Below are positions 39,996 through 50,639 of a stretch of 64,000 nt of DNA, one piece after another (position 1 is the stretch's first letter; each line of letters starts with the position of its first letter). Below the pieces are notes generated by a model. The model had not been told where the DNA came from, ran no database searches, and worked only from the letters and a program-made list of their open reading frames with translations. The translations under genes were made by a program, and so were the position numbers. Source of the DNA: Dehalococcoidia bacterium (lineage in GTDB: Bacteria > Chloroflexota > Dehalococcoidia > GIF9 > AB-539-J10); the NCBI GenBank assembly GCA_049586675.1, contig JBAVCL010000010.1, positions 1,074 to 65,073 of the forward strand. Reading direction: 5' to 3'.

Positions 39996-41078
39996 CTACA
40001 GGTCAAACTCTGCCCAGACCGCTCCGTGATCCGACGCTGATGCTGTGATGCCGTTGTCCTGCACTTCTGGCCAAGCAATTACCTCCCCGTTGGAGTACTT
40101 TGCAACATCGAAAATACCTCTGCGTTCGACTCCGGCCTGTTTACATGCCTTCTGAAGCGGCTCTGAGACAAGAATGAAATCAAGCTGCTGATTCGTATCA
40201 TAATGGTATGTCCATCTGTCCTCAGGTTTGGCGATTTTCAGCGCAAGAACGTCTCTTAATTCTTTCAGGTTCATTAACGGCGATAGTGACTTGCTCTCAG
40301 GCGGGGCGTTAAAATCTCCGAGTACCACAACTTTGTCTTTCGTCAGGTCATAGTTCCGTTCTTTGATAATGTCTAGCACCCGTTTTGCTTGCCGCAGTCT
40401 TTTGGCATCGTTTTGCTCCTGTGAGCCGTATCCCTGACTCTTGAAATGATTGACGAAAAAGTATAGAAAATCGTCGCCTGGAAGCTTGATTGTTACTTCG
40501 AGACAATCCCGAGAGAAAATCGGTGAGCGTCCAACTTTCTCAAACATGTGCGTCCTGATATCGCACATCTCCAAGCGAGAAAGAAGCGAGACGTCGATTC
40601 CACGAGGATCGAATGCATCAATCAACATACTGTATGGATACTTCTTTTTGATTAATTGAGAATTGAATATATCGAGGGTGGGTTTGTTCTCTACCTCGAT
40701 GAGGCTGATGATGTCCGCGCTGACAGAGTTGATGACTTTCGCAGTGTTCATTCTTGTGATTTCGGGGAAGTTGTCGGCTTTGAATGCGACGAAGCCACCC
40801 CAGTCATTCCTGCCTTTCGCTTTTACGCCAACAACGTTGAACTTCAGACGCTTGAATAGTTTCTCACGCACTTCGTTTATATCGATGAAATCTTTCAGCT
40901 CGTTATAAAGGTTAAGAATCTTCTTGCCATCGTAGACATTCTTCTTCAGCTCCTTTTGTAGTTGGTCAACTTTAGCGAGTATTTCATCCCCGTCTCTCCA
41001 CTCTTCAAGATTAAAGACTTTTGCGCGGCGAAATAAGTTCTCCACATTGAACGTCGAAATTTTTAGAGTGTCACCCAT
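39996..41078 (-). CDS. Endonuclease/exonuclease/phosphatase (EEP) family protein
   Basis: 360 aa; C-terminal SDHGAVWAEFDL typical of EEP catalytic His motif. Confidence 0.7.
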   Translation of the reverse strand: MGDTLKISTFNVENLFRRAKVFNLEEWRDGDEILAKVDQLQKELKKNVYDGKKILNLYNELKDFIDINEVREKLFKRLKFNVVGVKAKGRNDWGGFVAFKADNFPEITRMNTAKVINSVSADIISLIEVENKPTLDIFNSQLIKKKYPYSMLIDAFDPRGIDVSLLSRLEMCDIRTHMFEKVGRSPIFSRDCLEVTIKLPGDDFLYFFVNHFKSQGYGSQEQNDAKRLRQAKRVLDIIKERNYDLTKDKVVVLGDFNAPPESKSLSPLMNLKELRDVLALKIAKPEDRWTYHYDTNQQLDFILVSEPLQKACKQAGVERRGIFDVAKYSNGEVIAWPEVQDNGITASASDHGAVWAEFDL

Positions 41079-41477
41079 CTATATCCTCCATGGTGCCACA
41101 GTTCTTACCCATTTTCCCTCCTTATTATCTTTTCATGGTGAGTCCAATCACCCACCTCCAATCCATATACTTGACCACTGACCTCAGATTGGATTCAAAG
41201 TACTATTTCCCGTAGACATTATTCCTATAATTGCTATAATATCGCTAGCTGAGGAAATTGTCAATAGCTTTTGTGCGGTGTCCAAAACATATTATAGAGT
41301 CAAGGAGTCACGAAACGATACTTGTGCAATACTAAAATGGGGTGATATTTTGGGTACATAATACCTAATTTGTAGTGGGCCTCATTGGTATGGTGTCCCT
41401 AAAATTCGCGGCGTCATGGAGCCTGAAAAATAGGTGTATAATCAAGCAGATTTTGCTACCTCGTGGGGATATGAGGA

Positions 41478-42149
41478 ATGGCTGTTCAGTTAGAGTTTTT
41501 AAAGAGCATTCTATACTTTTCTGATCTTAGCTTTGCTGAGCTTGAGTCAATCAGAAAGCTTGTCTTTGAGAAAACTGCTGACAGAGGAGAAATGGTCTTG
41601 CTTGAGGGTGAATCGGCTGAGAATCTGTATTTTGTCGCTGCGGGAGCGGTGAAAGTGTTCAAGACCTCGGCTGAAGGAAAGGAGCAAATCTTGAGCATTG
41701 TGCGCCCCGGAGAGTCCTTCAATGATGTCCCTATCTTCGATGGTGGTCCAAATCCCGCCAGTGCTCGAGCTATGGGACCCGTTATTCTTTATGGGATAAA
41801 GAAGAAGGACATGGAAGCTATCCTACGGGACCATCCACAGATAGCATTGAATGTAATTAAGGTGCTGGCAAGGCGAGTGCGTCACCTCGTATCGCTGGTT
41901 GAAGACCTGTCTTTCAGGCATGTCATCAGCAGGGTAGCCAAGATACTCTTTGAGCACATCGGAGGTGAAGTGGGCAGTGGGCCACGGCTTACACAGCAAG
42001 AAATGGCAGCTATGGCGGGCACTGCTCGGGAGGTAGTGGGTAGGTCGCTAAAGGCATTAGAGGAGGAGGGGGCGATCAAGGTGGATCGGCATCGCATAAT
42101 AATTACGGATAAAGAAGCTCTCCAAAAAATAATGGAGGTTCCTTCTTGA
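41478..42149 (+). CDS. Crp/Fnr-family transcriptional regulator
   Basis: cNMP-binding beta-roll plus C-terminal HTH (TQQEMAAMAGTAREVVGRSLKALEEEG). Confidence 0.85.
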   Translation: MAVQLEFLKSILYFSDLSFAELESIRKLVFEKTADRGEMVLLEGESAENLYFVAAGAVKVFKTSAEGKEQILSIVRPGESFNDVPIFDGGPNPASARAMGPVILYGIKKKDMEAILRDHPQIALNVIKVLARRVRHLVSLVEDLSFRHVISRVAKILFEHIGGEVGSGPRLTQQEMAAMAGTAREVVGRSLKALEEEGAIKVDRHRIIITDKEALQKIMEVPS

Positions 42150-42212
42150 GACAAAAATCACAGACAAGTGGCATCTTTACTTTTAAAATAATCAACATGG
42201 AGACTGAAAAAC

Positions 42213-42419
42213 GTGGCTGAACTGCCGATTATAGACGCTAAAAAGTGCAATGGGTGTGGGTTATGCGTTACCGTGTGCGGCTGCAATGGCCTGGTGCTAG
42301 TTAACAATATTATCACCATTATTGAAACAGTGGAGTGCGACTGGTGTACAGATTGTGAAGCCGTTTGTCCCACCGGGGCCATAAGTTGTCCTTTTGAGAT
42401 AATTATCCAAGAGCCCTAG
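42213..42419 (+). CDS. 4Fe-4S ferredoxin
   Basis: 68 aa with CNGCGLCVTVC and CDWCTDCEAVCP cluster motifs. Confidence 0.8.
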   Translation: MAELPIIDAKKCNGCGLCVTVCGCNGLVLVNNIITIIETVECDWCTDCEAVCPTGAISCPFEIIIQEP

Positions 42420-42605
42420 AGACCAACTAAGACCTTTTATACAATCATTTTCAACCGCTTTCCTGGCTAATCTTTTGGTGTCCCGTGTTTCCCTGTCTCG
42501 TTACCGTGTCGGTATGAGACAAAAGTCGCATACAAGGATTACCTCCTTACCTACAATGAATCTGTGCGAAAGAAGCAGTTGCCCGAACGGAGAATATAAA
42601 GGAGG

Positions 42606-44030
42606 TTGAAGATGATAACGGTTTTAGGAAACGTTAAAGATAGAGAACAAGTCTCTTCCGGGGATGAGGAATTAGATTTGGCTGGTGAGGAGAGTGGTCA
42701 GGAAGAGGAATTGTCCGAGCTTGAGGTTATTCCTCAAAAGCGGGAGTCTGAACTTGGTGAAGATTCGTTGAATTTATACTTAGCTGAAGTGGGGCAAACT
42801 CCCCTTCTCAATAAAGAGGAGGAAAAAATGCTGGCCAGCCAGATAGAGGATGGGAAGCATCTTGCCCGACTTGAGAAGGACTGGATTGCCGAGCACGGCG
42901 CTCAGCCTTCGCCAATCGACTTATTGTTGGTATTGGTGGAGCGCTTCAGCCGGGCGCGCTTGATTTTTGAAACCCTTTATCAGTATCTTAAACTTCCCTC
43001 TCGCAGGAGTCTGGCGGTGAAGGTATCGCACCCGGATTTACGTCGTGCCATCGATGGCAATATCGAGCAACATTTATCCAGCGCTATAGCTAAAATCACC
43101 GGAGCAAGCCAAACTAGAATTGAGGAGAGCGTGATTGAATTGTCACTGGACAGCCGGCTGATACCCTGGCATATCATGGAAGAAGCAGGACAGAAGAATT
43201 CCCTGGCTGCATTTGGGAAGATGCTGCAATCGCCGGAATTCCATGACAAACTGGAAGCGCATCGCTCAGAAATTGTCAAGCACTTTGAGCAAATAAGAGA
43301 AAGGGCACGGCAGGCAACCCACCGCATGATCCAAGCCAATTTGCGCCTGGTAGTAAGCGTGGCCAAGGGATATATTAATTGGAGCGTGCCTCTACCTGAT
43401 CTTATCCAGGAAGGCAATATCGGGTTAATGCAAGCAGTGCAGAAATTTGACCATCGCAGAGGCTGTAGGTTCAGTACCTACGCTACTCCCTGGATCTGGC
43501 AGGCAATCGACAGGGCAGTTAATGACCAGTCACGCATGGTGCGCCTGCCGGGACACGTGGTTGACGCTCTGACGAAGCTAGTACGGGCGAGGAATAGCTT
43601 AGCTGGGAAGCTTGGCCGCCAGCCGACTGAGAAAGAACTAGCTTCTGAGACGGGACTGCCGTCCAAAAACATAGCATCGCTGCTTAAGCTGAGTTCTGGT
43701 GGGCCTGTTTCTTTGGACACACCTGTAGGAGAAGACGGGAGCCAACTTGGTGATTTCATTGCAGATGAGGCAATTCTGCAGCCTGAGGAGGAGGCTACGG
43801 CAAGCCTGCTTAGGGAAGAACTGAGCAGAACATTTGAGTCGCTAACACCCCGAGAACGACGCGTCATTGAGCTGAGGTTTGGGCTAGACAATAAGTACAG
43901 TCGAACCCTAGAGGAGGTTGGCACAGAGTTAGGACTCACCAAGGAGCGAATACGCCAGATTGAAAAAGAAGCGCTGGCTAAGCTGCGCCATCCAAGTCAC
44001 AGCCGCGAGTTGATAGGGTATCTCGGATGA
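42606..44030 (+). CDS. RNA polymerase sigma-70 factor, RpoD/SigA-like (group 1 or 2)
   Basis: Regions 1.2, 2 (DLIQEGNIGLMQAVQKFD), 3 and 4 (TLEEVGTELGLTKERIRQIE) all present; nonconserved insertion. Confidence 0.85.
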   Translation: MKMITVLGNVKDREQVSSGDEELDLAGEESGQEEELSELEVIPQKRESELGEDSLNLYLAEVGQTPLLNKEEEKMLASQIEDGKHLARLEKDWIAEHGAQPSPIDLLLVLVERFSRARLIFETLYQYLKLPSRRSLAVKVSHPDLRRAIDGNIEQHLSSAIAKITGASQTRIEESVIELSLDSRLIPWHIMEEAGQKNSLAAFGKMLQSPEFHDKLEAHRSEIVKHFEQIRERARQATHRMIQANLRLVVSVAKGYINWSVPLPDLIQEGNIGLMQAVQKFDHRRGCRFSTYATPWIWQAIDRAVNDQSRMVRLPGHVVDALTKLVRARNSLAGKLGRQPTEKELASETGLPSKNIASLLKLSSGGPVSLDTPVGEDGSQLGDFIADEAILQPEEEATASLLREELSRTFESLTPRERRVIELRFGLDNKYSRTLEEVGTELGLTKERIRQIEKEALAKLRHPSHSRELIGYLG

Positions 44031-44098
44031 CGAAGCTTAGGAGGTCTGCTCAGGGGCTTTTCTAGGAGTCTTATAACAAGCCGCGCTCGTCTTGTGGT

Positions 44099-44788
44099 CT
44101 ATTTCGATCCCGTATAGAGAACAGCCAATATCTTCGTTACGTTGGTGCCGACACACTTAACGAGGTGAGGTTGATTAGAGTCGTAGTAGATAGCATCTCC
44201 AGGCTTGAGAAAGTCGACGCGATCCCCAACTTGCACTTTCATTTCGCCCTCCAGGACATAAAGAAATTCCTGTCCGGCGTGGGTGGAGAGCTCTTCTGTG
44301 TCTGTTGGTACCAGTGTCACAATAAAAGGCTCCATCAATCGGTCAGCCTTTTCCGGGGCCAAGGACTCGTAAAAGTAGCCGTACCGCATACTCTTCGTCT
44401 CTCCGTAGCGAGATATTGGCCGCCGTTCATGCTTGCGCACCACAGTCATGAACCTCTCAATTCCCGGAGATATAAAGTAGCCCATCTTCATATCGAGTGC
44501 TTTGCCTAGCCTAGCCAACTGTCCTAATGCCGGGATCATTTCGCCTGACTCCGTACGTTCCAAGGTATCTATATCAATCCCCGTTCGGCTACTGAGGTCC
44601 TTAGTGGTAAGCCCCCGCATTTCTCGAACCCTGCGAATCCGATCGCCCAGAGATTCTTTTCCCCTCTCCGTCTCTTCCATATGGGCGAGGTTAGCCAGGT
44701 CAGTGAGAAGATCATCATGCTTCGCTGCCTTACCCTTAGCCGGACTCAATCTAGCAGAAGTCTTACGTTTTGCCTTCTCCGTTTTCAT
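44099..44788 (-). CDS. XRE-family HTH regulator with C-terminal cupin domain
   Basis: HTH (IRRVREMRGLTTKDLSSRTGI) plus cupin; start trimmed to MKTEKAKR to avoid overlapping the ACAD gene. Confidence 0.7.
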   Translation of the reverse strand: MKTEKAKRKTSARLSPAKGKAAKHDDLLTDLANLAHMEETERGKESLGDRIRRVREMRGLTTKDLSSRTGIDIDTLERTESGEMIPALGQLARLGKALDMKMGYFISPGIERFMTVVRKHERRPISRYGETKSMRYGYFYESLAPEKADRLMEPFIVTLVPTDTEELSTHAGQEFLYVLEGEMKVQVGDRVDFLKPGDAIYYDSNQPHLVKCVGTNVTKILAVLYTGSK

Positions 44789-44801
44789 AGTGCCCTTCTT
44801 T

Positions 44802-45974
44802 CTAGATTGCCCTTCCCGACACGCCAATGTTACGAGCAATCACGATGCGTAGTATTTCGGACGTTCCCTCGCCGATCTCCAGAATTCTCTGATCCCGATA
44901 TAATCTCTCGACTTCATAATCCTTCATCAGTCCATATCCTCCGTAGAGTTGGACGGCATGATGGACACAGCGGCGCATAACCTCGGAACAGAACAATTTT
45001 GCCATGGCAGCCTCTTTAGTAATGGGACGTCCGTTTTCTCGCAGCCAGCAGACCTTGTAGAGAAAATTCCTGGCTAGTTCGATCTCTAACGCCATGTCGG
45101 CTAGCTTGAAAGCGTTAGCCTGAAAGGAAGCGATGGGCCGTCCAAATTGGATACGTGAATTGGCGTATTGTAAGGCCAACTCGAAGGCTGCCTGAGACCC
45201 ACCCAATCCCATGGCAGCGATGCTGAGGCGTCCGCCGTCCAGCGTGGCAAGCATTTGATGGAAACCATCCCCTCTTTTTCCCAGAAGGTTTTCCCTGGGC
45301 ACGACACAATCATCGAAAAAAAGTTCACCTGTGCTGGATGCCCGCCACATCATCTTGTCCTTCATCTCCTTAGCTGTCAAGCCAGGTGTGCCGCTGGGAA
45401 CAATAAGGCAACTAATCTCTGGTTTGCCATCCTCATGCTTACCAGTGACAGCCTGGACAACAATAACGCCGGTTAATGAGCAAGCCGAGTTGGTGATAAA
45501 AATCTTATGTCCATTAATAGTCCAGTAATCCCCTTTAAGTGTTGCGGTGGTTCGAGAGCTTCCAGCGTCGGAGCCAGCATCAGGCTCCGTCAGACCAAAC
45601 GCAGCTAGACACTCCCCCGAACAGAGCCTGGGAAGCCATTCTTGCTTTTGCTTTTCGTTACCGAAATAATAGATGGGACCGATTCCGAGAGAGTTTCCGG
45701 CAGCAATAGTAGCGGCCTGGGAAGCATCCACCCTCGCCAGCTCTTCAACCGCAATTGCATACGAGATGTAGCCCATATTTGAGCCGCCATATTTCTCCGG
45801 AACAAAGCAGCCCAGCAGACCTAAGTCCGCCATTTTGCGCGTTAGCTCGACAGAAAACTCCTCCTTTTCGTCCAGCTCTCGGGCGATCGGGGCAATCTGC
45901 CTCTCAGCGAAAGCCCGAATCGCCTGGCGCGTTAGATTCTGTTCCTCGCTCAAATCAAAATCCATGGCTCCCAA
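44802..45974 (-). CDS. Acyl-CoA dehydrogenase
   Basis: 390 aa with ACAD N/M/C domain pattern and catalytic Glu region (YRDQRILEIGEGTSEI). Confidence 0.9.
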   Translation of the reverse strand: MGAMDFDLSEEQNLTRQAIRAFAERQIAPIARELDEKEEFSVELTRKMADLGLLGCFVPEKYGGSNMGYISYAIAVEELARVDASQAATIAAGNSLGIGPIYYFGNEKQKQEWLPRLCSGECLAAFGLTEPDAGSDAGSSRTTATLKGDYWTINGHKIFITNSACSLTGVIVVQAVTGKHEDGKPEISCLIVPSGTPGLTAKEMKDKMMWRASSTGELFFDDCVVPRENLLGKRGDGFHQMLATLDGGRLSIAAMGLGGSQAAFELALQYANSRIQFGRPIASFQANAFKLADMALEIELARNFLYKVCWLRENGRPITKEAAMAKLFCSEVMRRCVHHAVQLYGGYGLMKDYEVERLYRDQRILEIGEGTSEILRIVIARNIGVSGRAI

Positions 45975-46010
45975 ACCGATGCTTAAACTATTTTTTCATA
46001 ACTACTCCTA

Positions 46011-46802
46011 CTACTTTCCTAACACAACGCCTGCAGGGTCTATTTCTTCGCGTAATATTTGCAGATGCTGAACAGCGGGCTCAGGGCTTGTTTCGGTATT
46101 ATCAGGTATGATTATATCAAACTCGCTATTCTCCCTGACCTCGGCTGCCCTTACACCTGGATGTAATGAAAGCAACCTTAGTCTCTTTGTCTCTTCTTCA
46201 AAATCAAATATACCCAACTGTGTGATAACTCTGTATGGGCCCGACCCGCTGGCTAGTCCGACCCTCTCCCTTGCTCCAGGACCATCTAGATAGCCAGGCG
46301 TCGTCAGGAAATCAACTCTATTGACGAAAGTTCTCTGGGACTGGTTCGCGATGATGATTATGAGTTTATGTGCGAAGGAGCCCCCATCATTGGCACCCCC
46401 ACTACCAGGTAAGCGAACCTTAGGTAAATCATGCCGACCAATAACCGTAGTATTAATATTTCCGTACATGTCAATCTGGGCAGCACCCAAAAAAGCGTAA
46501 TCGACATATCCTGCCTGGCACAGTGACATAACATCGTGCATGCTGGAAGCAGCTACCCCTTTATAATAAGTCCTCGACTCGCCCACCGACACGGGTAGTT
46601 CAGGCAGTAAGGGTCCTATTCCACCAGCCTCAAATATTATGAGCAGATTGGGTGCATGGGTTTTTTGAGCTAACATGGTAGCGATTATGGGAAGCCCCGT
46701 CCCTACCAAAACCGACCTCTTATCTTCCAGTACACTCGCTCCAATGAATGCCAGATACTCTCGTAAACTGTATTTACCTTCAGCAACACCTGTTATGGGC
46801 AT
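46011..46802 (-). CDS. CoA-transferase subunit B (glutaconate/3-oxoacid CoA-transferase family)
   Basis: 263 aa, family I CoA-transferase beta subunit pattern. Confidence 0.75.
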   Translation of the reverse strand: MPITGVAEGKYSLREYLAFIGASVLEDKRSVLVGTGLPIIATMLAQKTHAPNLLIIFEAGGIGPLLPELPVSVGESRTYYKGVAASSMHDVMSLCQAGYVDYAFLGAAQIDMYGNINTTVIGRHDLPKVRLPGSGGANDGGSFAHKLIIIIANQSQRTFVNRVDFLTTPGYLDGPGARERVGLASGSGPYRVITQLGIFDFEEETKRLRLLSLHPGVRAAEVRENSEFDIIIPDNTETSPEPAVQHLQILREEIDPAGVVLGK

Positions 46803-46806
46803 ATAT

Positions 46807-47847
46807 TCAAGCCTCTTTCCTCCACGGGGCTATCATTGGTTCTCTGAGGAATTCTCTCCTCTTCAAATAATTCATCTTCTTTACGCCACCGCAAAGTTTC
46901 AAATATTCCTTAAAGGTATCAACGCTGAAAATATATTTTTGGAGATACGAGTCCACACCTTCCGGGGCCCTAGAAAGCTTTAGCCACTCGGCGATATGTT
47001 CTTCGTCATAGTAATACATGCCCGGCATCTCACAGGGATGAGAACCATAGGGAGCTTCAACTACAGCATCAACGACGAAGAATGGTATCTTGGTCTTCCA
47101 AGGTTCCCTTCGGATTAGTTCATTGTCCACAATCTTTTCCGTGGTTACTATGAGCCTCCGCGCACACCGTGATAATTCGATATCCTCCACCACTATACTG
47201 TCTATTTGAGCATTACCATATATATCGCAACGGTGAACATGAATAAAAGCTACATCAGGGTAAGCCGCTGGAATGAGATTTATTGGTTTGCCGCTAAAGG
47301 GATCCTTTACAACTTTACATGAACTGTAGTTGCCGGTATCAGTGCCCAGCAAATTACGACTGGGTATGAAGGGAAGTCCCATCATACCAGCCAAAAATCG
47401 CCATTGATACGCTGCATTGCTTGTTTCTGCGATCACCTGGCATTGACCGGTTTCTACCATTCTCCGTGAAGCCGGAGATAATCCCCTGAGTTCGTGACCG
47501 AAGGCATAAGCCACTTCAACTTTGTTAACGCAGCCCGAACCCACCAATATATCAAGGTCATGGACTGCTGTCTTACCAGCCATAGCCAGATTGCGTTTTT
47601 TCTGCCTGACTATTTCATAAATGATAGCCATCGCCACTCTTACATGTCCGAATCCTCCACTAGCTATAAAATCTCCGTCATGAATAAATCTGGAGACAGC
47701 CTCCTTGACTGACATAGTCTTATCTTTTAGTTCGCGCGACTTGTTCTCACGCACCCATTGTCTGGCCTCATCCGGATCATGCCAGCCTAAAAGCTCCCCT
47801 TTACCTTCGCTTAATATTTCCGTCTTTGCCTCCTGAGGACTTAACAA
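46807..47847 (-). CDS. CoA-transferase subunit A (glutaconate CoA-transferase GctA-like)
   Basis: 346 aa, family I CoA-transferase alpha subunit pattern. Confidence 0.75.
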   Translation of the reverse strand: MLSPQEAKTEILSEGKGELLGWHDPDEARQWVRENKSRELKDKTMSVKEAVSRFIHDGDFIASGGFGHVRVAMAIIYEIVRQKKRNLAMAGKTAVHDLDILVGSGCVNKVEVAYAFGHELRGLSPASRRMVETGQCQVIAETSNAAYQWRFLAGMMGLPFIPSRNLLGTDTGNYSSCKVVKDPFSGKPINLIPAAYPDVAFIHVHRCDIYGNAQIDSIVVEDIELSRCARRLIVTTEKIVDNELIRREPWKTKIPFFVVDAVVEAPYGSHPCEMPGMYYYDEEHIAEWLKLSRAPEGVDSYLQKYIFSVDTFKEYLKLCGGVKKMNYLKRREFLREPMIAPWRKEA

Positions 47848-48351
47848 TTATCCCTTGTAAGGAACCCAGTATATATCAAGAATTGTGTTGGTGGGATCTT
47901 CGGTGCGGAAGCCAGCTTGCACTTTCATGCCTATCTCGGGTGTTCCGGATTGCAGATAGCCCTTGAATATAGTGCATACGCCAGGCAACTCAACATCAAT
48001 CTGGAAATAGGGGGTAGTGAGTTCGATGCCAGCGCCAGCGTATTCCACACGCGCATAGGTGTGCACTGTACCAATGACTGGCTGGGGCAGTTCTTCCCAG
48101 GTCATGGGCTGGTTACAGTCAGGACAGTCAGCCCGCGGCGGAAGCCACAGCCTGTGCTCTGCACATTCAGGATTGGTGCATCTGGTAGCCAGCAGTTTGC
48201 CCTCTGTCAGACCTTTGAAGAACGGGGAAAGTTTCCCATAAGTATGCCTGTGGACCAAACTCCTCGGCCACTTTATCACTATGGCTGGTTCAAATTGAAG
48301 CACCTTTGCGGGTTTGCCAATATATTTGGTTATCTTGCTCTTTGATGCCAC
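47848..48351 (-). CDS. DUF35-type OB-fold/zinc-ribbon protein (thiolase partner)
   Basis: CTNPEC...CPDC zinc ribbon followed by OB-fold; adjacent to SCP-x-type thiolase. Confidence 0.7.
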   Translation of the reverse strand: MASKSKITKYIGKPAKVLQFEPAIVIKWPRSLVHRHTYGKLSPFFKGLTEGKLLATRCTNPECAEHRLWLPPRADCPDCNQPMTWEELPQPVIGTVHTYARVEYAGAGIELTTPYFQIDVELPGVCTIFKGYLQSGTPEIGMKVQAGFRTEDPTNTILDIYWVPYKG

Positions 48352-48362
48352 AGTTTCCTCCT

Positions 48363-49733
48363 TTAAAAAGCCTTCTTGAGGATGCCTACTGTTACATGCG
48401 ACCCAACACCAGCGTGAGATACCCAGAGTGCCTGCTTAGCATTAGGGACTTGGAGACTCTTCCAATCTGCGGGTTTTTTCTTGCCAAAAGATTTCCAAAT
48501 CTGAGAGTCGCCATGGAACTTATCATACTTGCCCTGTATTTGCCAGAGGCACTCGACTCCTTGAAAGATGCCAGTTGCTCCTACAGCATGCATGGTGCCT
48601 ATCAGCCCTCCCGACAGATTGGACGGACATTTACCACCGAAATAGGCATCTCCAGATTCAATGTAATCAGGCTCCTGTCCATAGGGGCGGAGTCCGATGT
48701 CGCCATAAGTTTGAATGTCACTTATGGTGAATGCGTCATGCAACTCCACCAGGTCAAGCTCTTCAAGTGGGTTAGTGATGCCAGCCATTCGATAGGCAAA
48801 ATAAGCAGCGAATCGTGCCGCAGCGAAGCTTTCAAATCCCGGCCACCGCTGTCCCTCTTTTTTGCGCAGGCCCTTATACATATCGGGGGTCTCGTGTGGC
48901 AGTAATGGGATCTCCATGTCTCTACGGTCTGCTACCCTCAAGGTATGACTCCCCCCGGCTATGAAAAGCTCGCAGGGTTTATCGGTTAACTTATAGGCAG
49001 TTTTTTCATCGCAAAGTAGCATGCAGGCAGCACCATCTGTCATGGCACAGCATTCCAAGAAACGTAACGGGTAGGTTGACATTGGGCTGTTAAGGACATC
49101 TTGAATTGTATATTTGCCTGGTTGCTGGGAATACGGCGAGTAATAGGCGTAGAGGTGATTCTTGACTGCCACCTTGGCTCTAGTCCCCTCGGAAAGGTTG
49201 TAAGCCCAGGCAAAACGGACTGCCATAGGAGCATAGTAGGCAGCATAAATGCGGGAAAGCCTGGTCTCAAAGTCTTTACAAGCTGCGTTAGCAATGTAGT
49301 AGTTACCTGTTCGTGTATCCACTTCAGACATGCGCTCCCAGCCTACGGCTAACGCCACATCAGCATATCCACTGGCTATCGCCATAGCGGCTGTTAGCAC
49401 TGTGGAGCCACCGGTAGCCCCGCCGGTCTTGATACCTATGTCATACATGGGATCAAGACCGAGGTAGTCAGTGACCTTGGCTTCGCAAAGGAGCTGGTCT
49501 TGAAAGTGGTCGGCAAAACTACCACAGGCCAGAAAGTTGACTAACCCCTTGATTTCTACTGGAGAGAGCTTTAAATCATTATTCTCTAGCATCTGCCGGA
49601 ATGCCACCATCGCTTGCTCTTCGATCTTCATTTCCGGGCAGAACTTCTTATAATTTGTGAGACCCCCAGCAACGGCAAATACCTTCCTGTTCCATTTGGG
49701 AATGCGCCAATTGCCTTTCTTCAAAACAATCAT
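48363..49733 (-). CDS. Thiolase-like protein (SCP-x / lipid-transfer type)
   Basis: 456 aa thiolase fold with catalytic Cys region (LACGSFADHF), paired with DUF35. Confidence 0.75.
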   Translation of the reverse strand: MIVLKKGNWRIPKWNRKVFAVAGGLTNYKKFCPEMKIEEQAMVAFRQMLENNDLKLSPVEIKGLVNFLACGSFADHFQDQLLCEAKVTDYLGLDPMYDIGIKTGGATGGSTVLTAAMAIASGYADVALAVGWERMSEVDTRTGNYYIANAACKDFETRLSRIYAAYYAPMAVRFAWAYNLSEGTRAKVAVKNHLYAYYSPYSQQPGKYTIQDVLNSPMSTYPLRFLECCAMTDGAACMLLCDEKTAYKLTDKPCELFIAGGSHTLRVADRRDMEIPLLPHETPDMYKGLRKKEGQRWPGFESFAAARFAAYFAYRMAGITNPLEELDLVELHDAFTISDIQTYGDIGLRPYGQEPDYIESGDAYFGGKCPSNLSGGLIGTMHAVGATGIFQGVECLWQIQGKYDKFHGDSQIWKSFGKKKPADWKSLQVPNAKQALWVSHAGVGSHVTVGILKKAF

Positions 49734-50449
49734 TTGGATGACTCCTTTCTCTGTCTATTAACAATACCAGTGTTCTTGTCTAACGTAACCGTCCTCAAAA
49801 TAGCATCGGTCTGTTCCTTTACATATGTTTTGAAAGTCCAGTGTTTTCTTAGATGCCAGCGCCTGAGGGCCCAGGCATGCCCAAGAACGACTATGTCATG
49901 AGCAATCAACTTGGGATCATCAATATTAAACTCGCCCTCTTCCATCCCTCTTATCAGCAACTTCTCAAATACAGTCAATATCCGGGCCTCCGAATCAAAA
50001 ATGCTTTGCTGGGCATTACCTGGCAGGTTTTTTGTTTCCTGATACGCAAATAGAGTAATATCTTGATTGTCGTCATGCCATTTATAAAACTTTCTCATAA
50101 GCTCTACAAGAGCTATTGTCGAGCCTCTTGTTGTCAATTCATTGGCACAATCTTCCATGGAACCCGCCTGCTGTGACGTAGCGCTATTGATAATCGAGTA
50201 GAGAATCTCCTCTTTCGAACCAAAATAGTGATATAGCGCACCGGCACTCATCTCACAAGCTTTAGCCAATTCACGCATATTGGTTCGGTCGTATCCCTTC
50301 TTAGTAAATACTTTTGTAGAGTATCGAACTATATGATCTCTGCGCTCTTTGACTAAAGCCTCGTCATTGCTAAAGGTGCGTATTGTGAACTCTTTAGGCA
50401 TTTTCGCCCGGCTGATTGAACGAACATTCAATCTACAATCGTTGCTCAA
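49730..50449 (-). CDS. TetR/AcrR-family transcriptional regulator
   Basis: N-terminal HTH (GYDRTNMRELAKACEMSAGALYHYFGSKEEIL). Confidence 0.85.
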   Translation of the reverse strand: MSNDCRLNVRSISRAKMPKEFTIRTFSNDEALVKERRDHIVRYSTKVFTKKGYDRTNMRELAKACEMSAGALYHYFGSKEEILYSIINSATSQQAGSMEDCANELTTRGSTIALVELMRKFYKWHDDNQDITLFAYQETKNLPGNAQQSIFDSEARILTVFEKLLIRGMEEGEFNIDDPKLIAHDIVVLGHAWALRRWHLRKHWTFKTYVKEQTDAILRTVTLDKNTGIVNRQRKESSK

Positions 50450-50639
50450 CTATATCACCGGATAGACCTTTTGTCAACAATCTGTCCTGACTGGTCACAT
50501 GGGTAACACTGGATATATACAGCCACGTTTTACCAGGGCTACAAGAGGCGGCAGTGGAAAAATTTGACAGGATTTTTGAGGTGGATGATAACAAAAACTC
50601 AGATGCTAATGTTAGCAAATTCTGACGATTTAGGTAGTG

